Shown here: in pieces, positions 34,333 to 45,383 of the stretch
Layout: each line of letters starts with the position of its first letter
Position numbering within the stretch: the stretch's first letter is position 1
From: Octopus bimaculoides
Taxonomy: Eukaryota
Direction: 5' to 3'
Assembly (NCBI RefSeq): GCF_001194135.2
Contig: NC_068990.1
Coordinates: 43,889,885 to 43,935,267, forward strand
Length of the DNA stretch: 45,383 nt
Made by a program: the position numbers and the translations under genes
The notes under the pieces: model-generated
Seen by the model: only the letters and a program-made list of their open reading frames with translations
Databases searched by the model: none
Told to the model about the DNA's origin: nothing

Positions 34333-34560
34333 CTGGCAGAATCGTTAGCACGCCGGTCGAAATCCCATAGCGGTATTTCGTCTGTCCTCATGTTCTGAGT
34401 TCAAATGCCTCTGGGGTCGACTTTGACATACCTTTCATCCTTTCAGGGTCAAACTTAGTACTAGTTACGCACTGAGATCGATGTAATCGACTAACCCCCT
34501 TGCCCCCAAATTTCAGGCCTTGCGCCTATAGTAGAAAAGATTATTATTATTCTTATTATT
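34333..34560 (+). mobile_element. SINE family C, identical duplicate of 33238-33444
   Basis: 207 bp identical by eye, including private substitutions (tgcctctggg, ttgacatacc). Confidence 0.9.
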
Positions 34561-34563
34561 GTA

Positions 34564-34928
34564 GTGTGGAGGCGCAATGGCCCAGTGGTTAGGGCAGCGG
34601 ACTCGCGGTCGTAGGATCGCGGTTTCGATTCCCAGACCGGGCGTTGTGAGTGTTTATTGAGCGAAAACACTTAAAGCTCCACGAGGCTCCGACAGGAACT
34701 GGGGTGGCGAACCCTGCTGTACTCTTTCACCACAACTTTCTCTCACTCTTTTTTCCTGTTTCTGTTGTATTTGTATTTCAAAGGGCCAGCTTGTCACACT
34801 GTGTCACGCTGAATCTCCCCGAGAACGAAGATAAGAGTACGCGTGTCTGTGGAGTGCTCAGCCACTTGTACGTTAATTTCACGAGCAAGCTGTTCCATTG
34901 ATCGAATCAACTGGGACCCTCGTTGTCG
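34564..34928 (+). mobile_element. SINE family D, near full length
   Basis: A box tggcccagtgg, B-box-like gtttcgattcc, body colinear with 6831-7149. Confidence 0.85.
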
Positions 34929-34929
34929 T

Positions 34930-35012
34930 AAGGAAGTGGTTTGCTCAAGGACACAACGCCTGGTCCAGGAATCGAAATCACGATTTTACGATCATGAGTC
35001 CAACACCCTAAC
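34930..35012 (-). mobile_element. SINE family B head fragment
   Basis: ttgctcaaggacacaacgcctggtccaggaatcgaaatcacg...caacaccctaacc. Confidence 0.6.
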
Positions 35013-35049
35013 CGCACCTCCAGCATTATGAAATACCAACAGGAAAGAG

Positions 35050-35301
35050 ATTGCACTAAAGAAAGTTTCGAAATGGCAAAGCAACAAGACTGGGATATGC
35101 CAATACATACAGACAGGGAGATCAAGGTTATTGTTACCAGGAAAAGTAATGTTTCTCAATCGACATGTCAGTCCCAGCAGATGATAATATATCTCAAGGA
35201 GAAACTGTGAAATTATCTAAATATAAAAATTTGGAAATAGTGGGAATTGCAAATAAAAACTGTCTCTACAAGTACAGATGTTTTGAGAAGACCAAAACAC
35301 G
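35050..35301 (+). mobile_element. Dong/R4-type RLE-domain fragment; inverted duplicate of 35361-35650
   Basis: Peptides WDMPIHTDREIK, SIDMSVPADDN, VKLSKYKNLEI. Confidence 0.75.
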
Positions 35302-36165
35302 CTATTTCTAGTATGTTAGGCATATTTGTGAGTCCTGGTGGTGTGGTCATGTACTTGTTTGCATGTTTTGACCTTCCCAAAGCAGCTATACTTATAGAAA
35401 CAGTTTTTATTTACAGTTCCTACATAACTGTTATATCTACTTCCGAATAATTACATAACTGAATTTCACAATCTCTCTTAAAAATTTATTTTCAGCCACT
35501 GAGTCAGACATGTCGATTGAGAAGCATTTCTTTTCCTGGTAGTTCTTGATAACAATATCAAGTCGGTCACCTTGATAGCCCCATCTATGTGTATTGGCAT
35601 TGTATGGTTATTTTGGAATTTCGGAAATGTTTTTTTTTTCTTCGTGTAAGTCTGTATTTTTTCTGTTGGTATGTCATATGCTGGCATAACTTCCAGTATA
35701 TGTAACTCCTAATTCCGCCATGCCTGTGGATGTATTCTTTCTTGGCAAAGGCTGAGTAGCTAGAGATAATGTGGTCAAAAGCTTCATTTCAGTCTCCACA
35801 TTGTGTGGTTGCTGTATTCTGCTTCATTATACGCTTTTGGCGTTTCCGAGGACTTTTTTTTTGCCTCTTTGTTCAGGTTTTTCCACTGTCCGCCGCGTAG
35901 GGACTTTTCTTATCATCGTTTTATCGTAGTATTCTGAAATCTAATCTCAGCTGTTTCATGATTTCTTTTGTTTCTCCACTTCATAATTATCTGTTATTGC
36001 AGCCTCTATTTCGTATTTGTTGACTTATTTATCGACTGAAATTAATTTTGTATTTTGTTCATGTCTCTAGCTATGTGTATAAATTTTCCTTGATTCTATA
36101 CGAGATATTTTTGTAGCTCTACAATGGCTCTTACGTTATAGTTTTCGAGTTGCATAAGAGTCTTT
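35302..36165 (-). mobile_element. Decayed Dong/R4-type element, end of RT through RLE, 5' flank (TAA)n
   Basis: Peptides LMQLENY, AFDHIISSYSAFAKKEYIHRH, MPIHIDGAIK, ALGRSKHANKYMTTPPGLTNMPNILEIA. (tta)n at 36165-36190. Confidence 0.8.
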
Positions 36166-36276
36166 ATTATTATTATTATTTCTTTTATTAAAATATGCTT
36201 CCAGTTTAGCATTCTGCCTTTTTTTCATTTTCCTATTATTTCTCCACGTGCGGTTAACACAACCCCACTATTTACT

Positions 36277-36341
<65 letters not shown>

Positions 36342-36393
36342 NNNNNNNNNNNNNNNNNNNNNNNNNNNNNNNNNNNNNNNNNNNNNNNNNNNN

Positions 36394-36555
36394 ATATATA
36401 AAGGATGAGCATATGCATATATACATACATATATGTACATACCTACATCTACATGTATATATAGATGCATATCCGGGTACAGGACTTTAAAAAAACGTGG
36501 ACAAAAAAGGAACGGGAACATAAACCTTTTTTACGGACAACAGAATGAACACAGG
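36394..36555 (-). mobile_element. Penelope-like terminal repeat fragment, same family as 5216-5480
   Basis: About 100 bp of shared sequence, again abutting a (TA)n gap (N 36342-36393). Confidence 0.5.
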
Positions 36556-36556
36556 G

Positions 36557-36597
<41 letters not shown>

Positions 36598-36671
36598 TTG
36601 TGTGTGTGTGCGCGTATATTTATATATTATTTATATTATTATTTAATTGAACGCCACGTATCCATTTCCAA

Positions 36672-36712
<41 letters not shown>

Positions 36713-37076
36713 TACACACACAAACATACACACGCATACACACACGTACCAACACACACAAATATATATACATAAATACATATATATGTATGCATATATG
36801 TATCTGTGTATGTATGTATATAGTTTGTAAATGAGACAGTATTCTCGTATATATGTATGCATATATGCGTGTGTTTATATTATTATTTCTATGCGTGTAT
36901 TTTTGTTTGTACGAATCTAGGTAAATATGAATGTTAGTACTTAATGTACATATATATATATATGAGGCATAAGTGTGTATGTGTGAGCGTGTGCATGTGT
37001 GTGTATATACATATACATATGTATATATATATATATATATTCGCTTACACACACACACATATAGTGTATATTAATA

Positions 37077-37108
<32 letters not shown>

Positions 37109-37380
37109 CCTGTCTGTATAGGTAAGTAGTTATGAATATATTTCTGTATATATAAAATGAATATTTTACATTCATATCGATTTCTTATAGACTGATATCG
37201 ATTAGGCACACACACACACACATGTCTACGTATTAGGTGTTTGAGTTATTTCCTTGCACATCTCTATCCGTGCCTATTTATATGTGTCTATATGTTTGTG
37301 CCTGATTGTATTTATGTATGTGTCTATTTGTGTGGGTGTGCATGTCTATGCGCGCGCGCGCGCGTTTGCGTGCGTGCGAG
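36556..37380. repeat. Low-complexity TA/TG/CA microsatellite cluster, including a (CG)n run at ~37350-37364
   Basis: Seen directly. Confidence 0.85.
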
Positions 37381-37851
37381 CGTGAGTAAATGTGTATGTT
37401 GAATTTTGGCTGGAATATGAACAGTGTTCCGTTAGCAATCCATTGCCAAGTACAACAGATTCGTTGCCAGAGAAACGTGTTGGCAACAAGACGGATTATA
37501 AAGAGAGCGTCTGGATTTCAACATCATACAATCAGATTGAGGTGTTGCGTTCTTCTCTCACACTTTCTCTTTTTCTCTCTTGCTCTCTGCAAGTAAATTT
37601 ATTCATCTAGATCTTTCTCTCTCTCACTTTCTCTCACACGCGTATAGATAAATGGACATTCTATGTGGTCGTTTGAAATGCTAAGAGTAGCACCTAAGAC
37701 TTCCTCCAGTTCCTTCAATCTCGTACGTACATCCTCCCATGGTGAAAACAGAAAGAACAGACATGTTGTTTTAGATATACAATGTCTGAAAGAAACGATG
37801 AGATGGTCACGGCTGGAATGCTTTTGAACAGAGATCAATTGCATCTATGTT

Positions 37852-38076
37852 TTTCTCTTTTACTTGTTTCATTCATCGGACTGCGGCCAAGCTGGAGCAA
37901 CGCTTTGAAGATTTTAATCGAACAAATCGACCCCGCTATGTATTTGTTTAAAGTTTGGGCACTTATCCTGTCGTTCTCTACTGCTAAACTAATAATTTAC
38001 GGGGACGTAAACAAAACAACACCAGTTGTCAAGCGAAGGTGGAGGCCAAACACAGACATAAAGATACACACATATG

Positions 38077-38110
<34 letters not shown>

Positions 38111-38272
38111 TATGCGGCAGGTTTCCACACAGTTTTGGTCTACCAGATTCACATAGAGCATTGGTCGTCCTGGAGTTATAGCAAAAGACACTTGCTCAAA
38201 AGCCATTCAGTGGGACTGAACCTGGAACCATGTGGTTGGAAAGCACTCTACTTACCCCACAGGCACACCTTC
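37852..38272 (-). mobile_element. SINE family A, full length
   Basis: Colinear with 18-468, internal (CA)n at ~38060-38115. Confidence 0.8.
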
Positions 38273-38693
38273 TGATATTAAATTAGTGAAATAACTGGGA
38301 ATAGTAAATCAAATCTCCATGAAATTACAACCTGCCCTCTTTTGAGAAAGAAAAATACATTCGATAATCAAGTTTTAGATTGCATTATGCCCACTTACAT
38401 TGCTAAATAAAAGCCATATAACTGGATACAATACTAATTAGATGACAAGAAAGAGAAACAAAATTAATATATATATATATATATATAAAAGAAAGAAAGC
38501 TGTTTTAATTCGTCCGTCATATATAATTGTGTGGCAGTGCAACTGGCCCCTCGTAATAGACATTTAAATTCGTGACCGAAAGAAAAGGTTGACTGTTTAC
38601 ATTAGTCATTACTGCATAGCTATGTGAAGAGATAAATCACTGTTTTCACGAAGCTGTGCGTGTGCAAAGGCAGAAACACATTTCGAAACCATT

Positions 38694-38805
<112 letters not shown>

Positions 38806-40559
38806 GTGCGCGCGCAAAAGTAACTGAAAATTAATGTGCGCACAAGTTGTTTGTTGCTTAAAATAGTGTTGTAATTAATAATTAATTACATTTATTTCAA
38901 GTTTATATTTGTGCAAGCACTCAGTGAACATATACTTTTATCAGAGGAATTTATTATAGGAAACATTTTCATTTTGCTAATATATCTGAAGGAGAATGGA
39001 AATCCTTCTCACATTTATTCTTAAATATTTGGAGGATTTCTAAGGTACCCAAGGAAAGGGAGACAGCAAAGATTGGAACATGTGATCTACACAGGTTCGT
39101 GTGATGTGAAATTATATTCCACTTGTTCATGTCTCCTCAACAGACTTCTTTGGCTACCACATGAAACAGAAGGGTGATATATGAAAATGGGAGTCCATCT
39201 TCCGCGAGAAGGAACCCATGAATTGTCTCCCTTTGTTTCTTTACACCGGAGAATGGAGTTACAGTGGAGTACTATATGGAAGTCTGACTTCAAGACCTCA
39301 TTAACAGAACAACAGATTACCGGGTAATTCTAATCTGAAATGCATACACAGAAATATAAATGACATTCCCGAATTTTTCTTGTTTCCGTGGAAAGGAAGA
39401 ACAGAAAATGTAAGTTGTAGCGATGTAATAAATCTCAAATATTTCATTTACGAGCAAAGGAGTAATTTGAAAACTTCTGTTTTTATAGACAAAAACATAA
39501 ACATCAAGGCTGCAAAGCAATACAACAATGACGGCAATAAAACTTCCGACAATTGCAACAACGGAAAACACACATAAACTGTTATGTAATAGTACATCAA
39601 TAGAAATAGCTATTAGTCCAAGTATTTGTTAACAAGTATTTGCCACTTAAGTCTTCTGGGTTGTCAGACGAGTGTATCCAAAATGAGAATGGGGCACAGG
39701 TCACAGAAGAGTTCTTATCGGAACATTCAGTTCTGAAATAAAATATGACGGAGAAAATATGCAAACGAGGATACCTAAAAATACAGAATAGAAAAACTAA
39801 AAATACAAGCAATTCTCATAAGAAAGGCTAATTTGAAATGAATTTAAAGAAATGCAGTACATATATAATTCAATCCCCAACAGATGTACAACGTTCAGAA
39901 AATAGCACCACGAGGCAATACACACATATTACGTAAAATTTGTCTTTCATAATGCAAAACATGTCAGTGTAAATATCTTCAAAACACCGAAAGCTACTTT
40001 CATTTGTGGATGCATTAGCATTAGAACAGTTTGGGATTAATGAAAAATAACTATTGACCTCGATGAGATAAGAAAGAAAAGAATCAAAGTATACTGAAGT
40101 ATACCCGTGTCAGTAATACATTATTTTATCGAGTAAGTAGAAACTCGCTACAGGGAGAGCGGACTGTAGGAGAAATCTTCAGGGAAAGAACTCCCATCAA
40201 GCAAATATTTCGGTCCGGGCCCACTTAGTTAGTGACTCCTTAGTGTCTTCCTGCTGTTTTTTAAAAATACCATCTGATATAAGTAATGTGCTGCAAATGT
40301 ATGTAAATATACTATCAGAGCGCAAGTCAAATTACCGTCAAAGTGAGTCGCTCTCCACCTATACAGAATGACAAATAATGCTAATGGAAGCCACATCATT
40401 CGGCTTTAGTTTAAAAAGGGAATGTGCACTTTGAATTTGATGCATAAAATTCATGAAAAGTGAAGCGTGCAAAACTCAGTGTCACCAAAAAACAATTAAG
40501 CCTGTACCCGATGAAAAGGATGCTATCTTGCTTTACTTCTTAAGTGCCCCCCCCCCCAG

Positions 40560-43010
40560 AAAGCAACAACAACAAAAACTGCTCTCCTCTAAAAAGAGAA
40601 AAATATTAATAAACCATAAATTGACACTAGAAGAATACAATTCTATATTATTTGTATATTTTGCAGCTGCATATTCTGGAGAGAAAGTAAACCTAGCTTA
40701 AATGTAACTTTAGTTTCCAACAAGCCGGCTAATTTCCAAATGTACATTCTGAAAAATCTGCAGGATACCAGAGAAAAAAAAATCTTTAAAAAGATGGCAA
40801 AAATACAAGCAACACACAAAAACAACGTAAATGAAAACAGACTAAATTCATTGAAGTCAAAAGCGTTTTATCCCGTCCCGATGATAGATCTGGCATATGT
40901 AAAAACAAACAAAACAGCAACAAGACAACGAAATCAAATACCATCATACCTATAGAATATTAACCAAACAAAACATGATTAAACCGGAATATTAGCAATA
41001 TTCAAGAATAATTTAAGAAATTATAAAGATGGAAATGATAGAAACAGTCAGAAAATTAGAAAGATAGATGTTATGGACCGCGAAAGATCTTTAAAAAATG
41101 CTGATAAATTTGCTTCACGATTAAAAAAAGACCGACTTTGACCATCATAAGTTTGGTGAAAACAAACACGAATATCAATATCAACGGGATAAACCAAAAA
41201 CTATATGTCGCTGCTATAGTAATTAGAAAGAAAAGTAGATACACCCTCACATCTACTTTTATAAGACTATTAAAATCCAAGCAAACAATATGAAAGCATA
41301 TAGAAAAGGATAGAAAGTAAAAGACCTTTTATGTCCTTCATGAAATTAATATAGAAAACACAAACAAGCAAAAAAAGAAATGCTACAGAAATACAACATA
41401 AAATATATAAATAAAATAAAATGAATAAAATAAGTGCCCCAAATCAAAGAAAAACCGAAACAAGGGGGTTTTACCAAATCGCAAAGAAAAAGTGAAACAA
41501 AAGATTCTTGCTAAATCGCAAGGAAAAGAAACGAAACAAGAGATTCTTGTTAAAACGCAAAGAAGGAAGTGAAACGAGATTCTTGCTAAATCGTAAAGAA
41601 AGAAGTGAAACGAGATTCTTGCTAAATCGCGAAGAAAAACCAAGAAGTATTCTTTGAACAAAATCATAAATTTTGTCTGTAGCCTAAAATAATTCTATCA
41701 AGAACTAAATAAAGATAAAACAGACATCAATGCATCTCCAAAAGTAGGAAATGTAGAAGAATTTGGTGAGAGAAGAATGGACAGCAAATGGATCGTCACA
41801 GACGAGAATGTTTAAAGCAACAAGTACAGCCTCTGAAAAATCATGGGACGCCATATCAATTAAAGAACTTACCCCAAAATTACAACAGATGAACAACTAG
41901 AATTCATCAGTGAATGATATACTTCCGAACTTTTATTTGAAATATTGAACTGGCACATATAAATTGCGTACAAAGATAATGAATGATCCATTAAATAAGT
42001 TAAAATCTATAGCCGAATCGCTCACTTAAGCGGAAACAATATTAATTCTCAATAGTAAATTCTAGAGAACCATAAGTTGCCTTTTAGCATCGTACAGAGT
42101 GCCTTAACTGGAATAAATCCGCAGAGGACAAACGACTGAAAAAAAAACCCAATAAAAACCCAAACATTTCACTTCGAAAAGAACGGTAATGCTGCAAAAC
42201 TTGCATGTTTGTAAATATCAATAACTTATTAACAAAGCCATATCAGGTAGATTCATAAAAGAAAAAAAAGGCTAAGAGTATGGTATGTATTGATTACAAG
42301 AAGGCTTTTGGCTCAGAATTCTTGAAACATTAGTTATAAATAATGTTGCAACAATAAGTAGGTACATCAAACGTTCTGAGTAGCTTGCAAACGGCTGTGT
42401 AGATAGAATATACATTGCAGTTGATGAACGATAAGACGAACAGTTGCGCTCTGTAGGAATTTATATGAAATTCGGTTTAGAAAAAGGCGCCAAGACAATT
42501 TTGAGGAAAGGAAAATTATTTAAAAACACTATAAATGTAGATTAAAAAAACAAAAAACGACGAACAAGCAAAGAGCGGTAGATCAAATTTTGCTATTTAT
42601 AAATCAATGGACAAAACAGTGTACAACAAATGTAAAAGGTTAGGAATAAATATTATAGATGCATAAAATAAATATTCAAGAGAAGTAAATGTGAAAAAAA
42701 GTAAGTTTATTGGAATCGATACTGTAGCTGCTCCAGTAATAAGTTATAGATATAACATTCTTCAATGGACGCCAAGAGAATTAGGAAAACTAAACAGGGG
42801 GAGTAAGAAGTAAAATATTGACTACCTTTAGAATACACCATAGTGTAGTCCGACATATAACGATTATATTTATCCTAATACAGGAAGATAATAGCCTAAT
42901 GCAACTAGAACATTAACATGAAATATTTAGTGGAGAACTACAAATGTATTTAAAAATGAATAAAGAGAAAATATTGCAAATAATTACAAAAGATGAATAA
43001 GACGTTAATA
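40560..43010 (+). pseudogene. Long, heavily decayed Dong/R4-type ORF (N-terminus through RT), 3'-truncated
   Basis: Collinear peptides NHKLTLEEYNSILFVYF, FYQELNKDK, SMVCIDYKKAF (~42276-42308), GIYMKFGLEKGAK, KFIGIDTVAAPVISYRYNILQWT, LMQLEH, with many stops and frameshifts. Confidence 0.75.
41473..41640 (+). repeat. Tandem repeat, 36-39-bp unit, about 4.5 copies, inside the Dong-like ORF
   Basis: Unit gattcttgctaaatcgtaaagaaagaagtgaaacga. Confidence 0.85.
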
Positions 43011-43369
43011 GATGTTTTCCGTCTTCAAATAACAGAAAATGTAACAAAGTGATCCCAATTTGGGACATGTTAATTCATGTTAATTCATAGTCACTGCAAT
43101 ATTATTGTCAAACACAACGAAGAAAGTAAATGTAACCTCTTATTCTCAGCATCAATTCGAAAAGACGATAATGTTGGGGTTTGTTTAATGCAGTCTATAC
43201 ATACAGTAATCTTTAAAAATGTACATGTATTCAATTATGTATATATCGTTTGAAGAACAACCGACGAATACCGAAAGACACGGTGGTGGGGAACTCAGTG
43301 TATTGAATGAATTAACTCCAAAACTCAAGCATTACACATATCAAGGAAACACTACCGCACCACATCACC

Positions 43370-43690
43370 ACTTAACATGACCGGCACTCGGTTAGAACCC
43401 TCACAATCGCTCCAAATACTGAGGCTCATTATGACTAAGAATCTTTCTTGGCGAAAACACCCTTAGCATAGCTAGAACCGCATCCCAAAGAGTAGCCCTT
43501 CTCTTTAAGATCAGAAGATAATTTTATCTCCAACAACTGCTGACACCCTATACGGCTCAAGTAACATCCACAAAAACCTACTGCAACCACGCTTGAAGCA
43601 GGGATGCTCCTACGCACACTGATATTCCGAGTCACATTCACAGAAGAGCTACGCTTGACTGGCATCCTGTCACTGATAGACAACACAGGC
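43370..43690 (+). mobile_element. CR1/L2-group LINE RT fragment
   Basis: MTGTRLEPSQSLQILRLIMTKNLSWRKHLSIARTASQRVALLFKIRR*, then QLLTPYTAQV and THTDI. Confidence 0.7.
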
Positions 43691-44008
43691 TTTGATCAGG
43701 TAACAGAAGACGTGGATCCACCGAGCAGAAACTTCGACATGTCAAGTTCATTGTGCACAATTTTCTCAACTCTCTACCGAGACATGTTAACAGCATTGGC
43801 TATTTGATTTATCGACAATCGCCTGTAATCTATTAACATGTAGTGAACACAGTCAATGTTTTCTACAGTGGTGGCAGTTGCAGGATGTCCAGACCATCAG
43901 TCTCCCTTCTCTTCCCTAAATTCAATTGTTCACTCTTGCATTGTTCTTAAAACTGGAGGTTTATCCCCTAATAAGGCAGCCATGTCAGCATGAATGTCAT
44001 TGGGGGTA
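43691..44008 (-). pseudogene. Mariner transposase N-terminal (HTH) fragment
   Basis: Minus strand DIHADMAALLGD, GHPATATTVENIDCVHYMLIDYRRLSINQIA, IVHNELDMSK, ARWI(P)RLL. Confidence 0.75.
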
Positions 44009-44874
44009 AATGACATTATCGATGAGGTAGCTCGTTCTCTGCAGATTAGTCATGGTCCTGCCTATCAAATCATCCGCGATGAGCTCGGCTTCCATAAAGT
44101 CTGTGTAAGATAGGTGCCAAGAGAACTTACTGCAGAGCACAAGTGCAAACGTCTTGAAGTCTGCCAACGTTTACGCGATCGCTACAACAATGAGGGTGAG
44201 GAGTGTTTGAGCAGAATAGTCGCAGGAGATGAAAAGTGGGTCCATCATCATGAGGGAGAATCCAAAAGACAGAGCATGGAGTGGAAACATCCTGGCTCGC
44301 CAGCAACGAAGATATTCAAAACTCAGTCTTTCGCGGGAAAAAAAGATGCCATCCCTTTTTGGGGACTCAAAAGGGCCTATACTGGAAGACTAGAAAAGGG
44401 GTGTACTATCAACAGTGCAAGATACGGTGGTTTGCTAGGCAACAAATTGGAGCCAGCAATTCGCACAAAACACCGAAGCCTATTGTCGAAGAAAGTTTTG
44501 TTGTTGCATGACAATGCACGTCCACACACAGCCACCCAGGCCGTTGAAACCATTAATCAATTAGATTTTGAGGTGCTGGAACACCCTACCTACAGCCCAG
44601 ATCTCACCCTTCTGACTATATCTTTGGACCGATCAAAGATTGTTTACGAGGTCATCGATTTCATACGGATGAAGATGTGAAGTAAACGGTGCGTAAATGG
44701 TTGCACGACCAACCAAAGACCTTCTTGAAGGGAATATGTAAGGTTGTGGACCGCCGGACCAAGTGCATCGAAAAGGAAAGAGACTATACAGAAAATTGAC
44801 ATACTTGTTTATCCTCTGCTTTTGTGCAAATGCATTGAAAAAACAAGAGTGCGTATAATTTTTGACTCAACCTC

Positions 44875-44875
<1 letters not shown>
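44009..44875 (+). pseudogene. Mariner DD34D transposase pseudogene (second HTH to end) with right TIR and TA
   Basis: IRDELGFHKVCVR*VPREL, IVAGDEKWVHH, LLHDNARPHTA, HPTYSPDL, then a frameshift before SDY. TIR gagtgcgtataatttttgactcaacctcg|TA. Confidence 0.9.
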
Positions 44876-44911
<36 letters not shown>

Positions 44912-44913
<2 letters not shown>

Positions 44914-45353
44914 GTATGACTCTAAAGCCTGGATGATGGGCGAAAGTGCATATTTTCAAAAATTTTATTTCACTCCATTAATGAATAACATTTTCCGCAT
45001 GATTTTCACCATTTGTGATGCAAAATTCAATGCACTTTGTGAGATTCACATAAACACGATATAGTAACTTCACATTTCCGTCAGTTTCAGCACATTTATT
45101 CATCATGTGTTCCTTCTGATGTTTCATGTCTGTAATTTTCATTGAGAATACTTTCTCCTTCAACATTCCTCAAAAAAAGAAATGAAGGGGATAGCATCTG
45201 CTGTCTGTTGATATGACAAACTCTCGCATCACTGAATAGTTTCAATTCAATTCTTTCTTCTTTAGACAAACTCATATTCAGTATGCGGAAGGAAAAAAAG
45301 AGCCAAGAATATGAATGATATTTCCCATGTATCCGGATTTTACGGTCAGCCTA
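44912..45353 (-). mobile_element. Internally deleted Tc1/mariner-superfamily element (maT/DD37D- or DD41D-like)
   Basis: ATG at 45275 gives MSLSKEERIEL, joined almost directly to a C-terminus GMLKEKVF..VYVNLTKCIEFCITNGENHAENVIH*. Ends taggctgaccgtaaaatccggat vs tagtatgactctaaagcctggat match at 16 of 23 positions. Confidence 0.6.
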
Positions 45354-45383
45354 CACATACATACATATATATATATATATATA

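Noticed and set aside
34564-34640. tRNA gene (also 6831-6905)
   Set aside because: A and B boxes are present but there is no acceptor stem, and the sequence continues into a repeated SINE body.
383-36521. Long ORFs containing X runs, and YI/HT/CV/SL/RE-repeat ORFs throughout the track
   Set aside because: They are N-gap read-throughs and dinucleotide or tetranucleotide microsatellite translations, not genes.
37392-37610. 72-aa ORF with coding-like composition
   Set aside because: No homology or splice support, and it ends in a CT-rich repeat.
18-38272. Minus-strand bias of SINE A copies as evidence for a host intron
   Set aside because: Roughly two-thirds of about a dozen copies is too small a sample to be meaningful.
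39087-39310. Possible Tc1-like fragment (PENGVTVEYYMEV)
   Set aside because: A single short peptide with no TIR or second motif.

Overview
AT-rich eukaryotic DNA, dense in microsatellites, with eight N-gaps. No host protein-coding exon, rRNA, true tRNA or CRISPR array could be recognised. Most ORF-track entries are microsatellite or N-gap artefacts; the rest are transposon remnants. The repeat content looks like an octopod cephalopod scaffold (inference, no database search). Content: (i) four tRNA-headed SINE families, here called A-D; (ii) Tc1/mariner fossils and TA-flanked MITEs; (iii) Helentron-type HINEs; (iv) CR1/L2-like fragments; (v) Penelope-like terminal repeats with decayed hammerhead-like motifs; (vi) several restriction-like-endonuclease (RLE) non-LTR retrotransposons: Dong/R4-like at (TAA)n, a second R4-like family in (TACA)n, and a HERO/NeSL-like 3' end. 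The best candidate 'system' is a nesting ecology in which SINE-borne microsatellites act as landing pads for microsatellite-associated RLE elements and MITEs. Top leads: a young-looking Dong 3' end flanked by an identical 207-bp SINE duplication (long TSD or allelic contigs), a (TACA)n-embedded RLE family, and an HDV-like ribozyme fold at a retroelement 5' end. All family names come from motif recognition by eye and need HMM or Repbase confirmation.
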